Made by a program: the position numbers and the translations under genes. From positions 26,040,001-26,104,000 of the forward strand of contig NC_058370.1 in the NCBI RefSeq assembly GCF_018350175.1: 64,000 bases of DNA, written 5' to 3'. Below the pieces are notes generated by a model. It had not been told where the DNA came from. It saw nothing but the letters and a program-made list of their open reading frames with translations, and did not search any database. This document shows, piece by piece, positions 61,004 to 64,000 of the stretch (position 1 is the first letter of the stretch; every line of letters starts with the position of its first letter). This DNA comes from Felis catus (Eukaryota).

Positions 61004-61366
61004 NNNNNNNNNNNNNNNNNGGTGAGGAAAAGAGAAGGGCTCACATTATTAGGCATGCAAGGGAGAGCAAGCCATTTCCTGGAGAGTCACCCAAACCTGT
61101 AGTACACAATTTTTAAGCTTCACATTCTTCCCCGAGAGGCCAAATCAAACACTACGATTCCACCCACCAGCTTGGAGTGCCACACATAAGCATGACCCTG
61201 GATGAATTGCCCAACACCCACGAGCCTAAAAGTTAGGCCCCATTCTAATGTGATTTGTATAAAATTTGAAGATAACAAAGACACTATATAAAGAGATGAT
61301 TAAATGCTTTATGAAGGAAGGCTAATGCATGAACAAGAATGTTCTCTGTTCAGAAAATGTCAGTCC

Positions 61367-61760
61367 AGGGGATCCTGGGTGGCTCAGTCGGTTAAGCATC
61401 CGACTATTAATTTCGGCTTGAGTCATGATCTCACAATTCATGGGTTTGAGCCCTGCATTGGGCTCTGTGCTGACAGTGCAAAACCTGCTTGGGATTCTGT
61501 CTCCCACTCTCTCTCTGCCCCTCCCCCTGCTTGCATGCTCCCTCGTTCACTCGCTCNNNNNNNNNNNNNNNNNNNNNNNNNNNNNNNNNNNNNNNNNNNN
61601 NNNNNNNNNNNNNNNNNNNNNNNNNNNNNNNNNNNNNNNNNNNNNNNNNNNNNNNNNNNNNNNNNNNNNNNNNNNNNNNNNNNNNNNNATTACCATATCA
61701 AAATGTTCACAGAAGTTTCCTTCAGAGTGGGCTTTTCTCTTTTAATGTTTACTTATTTAT

Positions 61761-61805
<45 letters not shown>

Positions 61806-61985
61806 ACATGCTTGAGCAGAGGAGGGGCAGAGAGAGAAAGAGAGGGAGAGAGAGAATCCCAAACAGGCTCTGAGCTGTAAGCACAGAGCCCAATGTGGGG
61901 CTGGATCCCACGAACTATGAGATCATGACTTGAGCCGAAATCAAGAGTCAGACGCTTAACTGACTGAGCCACCCAGGCACCCCCA
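61367..61985. mobile_element. Inverted Can-SINE pair (plus 61367 to about 61600, minus 61740-61985) with N-gap 61557-61688 in the CT tract
   Basis: Head, (CT)n, gap, then (GA)n and a reverse head. Confidence 0.85.
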
Positions 61986-62896
61986 GATGGTGGGCTTTTA
62001 TTAATTCCTCTTTTTGGTTTTCACTATTCTCCATATTTTCTTTAAAGACTATATCCACTTTTCTAATCAAAACAGTAAATAAAACTTCTCAAAACCCTAA
62101 GTACTACAAACATGTTGGGAAATAACCTTACAGTGAAGAGACCTTGCTGCTGTTCTCTGCTAAACCACCTGGGGACAGGAAGACATCTAAGGAGCTTCAC
62201 AGACACTGGTCATTTACCCCGACAACTCTCTGCAAGGTTCACCTCGTTCTCCTCATTTTACAGATGAGGAGAGAGGCTCAACATAGAAACCCTGGGAATG
62301 GCAGCCTAACCTGTCCAGCCCCACCATCCACATTCTCTCCCAGCCACTAGAAAATGCTGCCCCTCAACCTTCTGCTAGGCTTTCGGGTGCAAAACAACAA
62401 ACACACAGAAACACAGCAACTTAAAATGCTATTAAATGTGGATGTCATCATCATCCTCATTCAGTCAACAAATGTACACCAAGCACTGTTCAAGGGCCAA
62501 AGAAATGGAAAAGCAAGAGAAACAAGTTGTCTGCCCAGCGGTAGTTCCCGCTCTAGCGGTGGAAGTCTGACACAGACCAAACCCACAAACAAATGTCATT
62601 TCCTATCAACCATTTAGGAAGCAAGGGTGGTGGGGAATGTAGTCAGGGAAAGCCTCTCTGACTTGATGTTTGAGCTTAAGATTCAGAAGGACACAGCCAC
62701 ACTGAGATGTGAAAGGTGGCTGTGGCCCAGCAAGCAAGGAGGAGAGTGGGAACAGAAAAGGAAAAAGAAATTAAGACACCAGATCACGTCAGGACTCCGT
62801 AGGCCAAGGTAAGGAGTTTCGATTTTATTCTGTAATTGTTAAAGAATCCATTGTGGGGATTTAAACAGGGTAGAATCACACTCTCATTTAAGTCTG

Positions 62897-63359
62897 TGAA
62901 GGGGTTCAGGGCAGCCCCCCACCCCACGCCCCCAGAACGTGCCACTTTGGCATGTGGATTATTTTGAGCTGAAGGCACTCGAGACCCCGTGTGCACAAAA
63001 AACTTTTGTCCCTTCCTTAACCACACAGAAGAATCTAAACTGGGGGTCTTTCCCAGGAAAAAGGGTTATTAGCAGAGATAAATGTTATGAGTGACCCATC
63101 TGTATGGTAGGGCAAACATCTAATTACCTGCTCTTACCGCCCTGTGAAGCGCATTCCTTTCCTCTGAAATCCCAGACCCCTCCTTAGAGGAACACACAGA
63201 CCTCATTTTGCCTGTCTTTGGAATTCCCGTGACCATGCAAATTCTCCATACATACACCTACTAAATTTGATTTTCTCCTGTTAATCTGTCTCATGTCAAT
63301 TTGATTCTTAGTCCAGCTAGAAGAACCTTGAAGGGGACAAGAATTCTCATTCCCCAACA
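62897..63359 (+). mobile_element. MER34-like ERV1 solo LTR
   Basis: TG...CA termini, ggattattttgagctgaaggca motif, near-TSD tctg/tgtg. Confidence 0.7.
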
Positions 63360-64000
63360 TGTGAAAAAGACCAAATGACTTAACTGCTGGTAGAGGACTG
63401 TGGGAAAGGAAAACTCAAGCAATGTGAGTTAAGGTCAGGTCAATCCAGACCGAGTGAAATCTCTGGGCAATTACCAGGAGGACACACAACGAACTATAAA
63501 GGACTGGATTTCATAGTGACCTTGACACTTAGAATTTCTCTCATTTCCTGAGACATCAATATTACCAACTGGGGAAACAAAAACTCAAAGCAAATTTGGA
63601 ACCATCATGAGACCTCATGCTCTCTCGTGGCACTTCCTTCCATCCACCTCGTGCCTACTACATGAGCTGGTTTTCCCACACCGGTTTCCTGCAAGCCTCA
63701 TGAGTCATAGAGCTACCGAATGAGAGGGCTAGAAGAGACAGTGATCTACCCAACCAATCCCCTCTTTATGAGCAGGGGTGACTAAGGGTTGGCAGGATAA
63801 ATAACTCATCAGGTCTGTGCTCTCACATCCCACATTCACCTATCCCCCACAGCACTTGGCACAGTGCCTTGCACACAGTGGGCACGCAATAAATGCTATA
63901 TTTGTTTTCAGATGGGCAGGACAGTGTCAAAGACAGAAAACTGTATCCATGTACACTTTTTTCAGAAAGCAAACCGTCAACGCTCTTGAGCTTTTAAATT

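Noticed and set aside
3228-61985. tRNA-like A/B-box sequences as tRNA genes
   Set aside because: All are heads of tRNA-derived Can-SINEs followed by (CT)n or A tails. I saw no cloverleaf tRNA, rRNA, snoRNA or CRISPR-like array.

Overview
Felid (cat-family) genomic DNA, judged from SINEC_Fc-type Can-SINEs and carnivore L1, containing two tandem minus-strand genes. Right half: MAPRE1 (EB1). Exons 3, 5 and 6 are fully visible, exons 4 and 7 are partly hidden in N-gaps, exon 2 is inferred to lie wholly inside an N-gap, and exon 1 is beyond the right edge. Left half: the 5' part of EFCAB8 (EF-hand/WD40-like). I reconstructed 11 coding exons by hand as one uninterrupted, phase-consistent ORF (1175 nt, 391 codons plus 2 nt); the gene continues off the left edge. 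The rest is intronic or intergenic, with Can-SINEs, L1 fragments, LTRs, DNA-transposon relics and MIR/L2. I found no evidence of a new biological system, RNA gene or CRISPR array. Best leads: (1) five of the eight N-gaps fall on MAPRE1 mRNA sequence, implying a young MAPRE1 retrocopy elsewhere in the genome; (2) the human EFCAB8 start ATG is GTG here, and an upstream exon supplies an in-frame ATG adding 33 aa; (3) a candidate ~8 kb extended MAPRE1 3'UTR whose tandem AATAAA lies under 1 kb from the EFCAB8 start codon. Comparisons with human proteins and repeat consensus sequences are from memory, not database searches.
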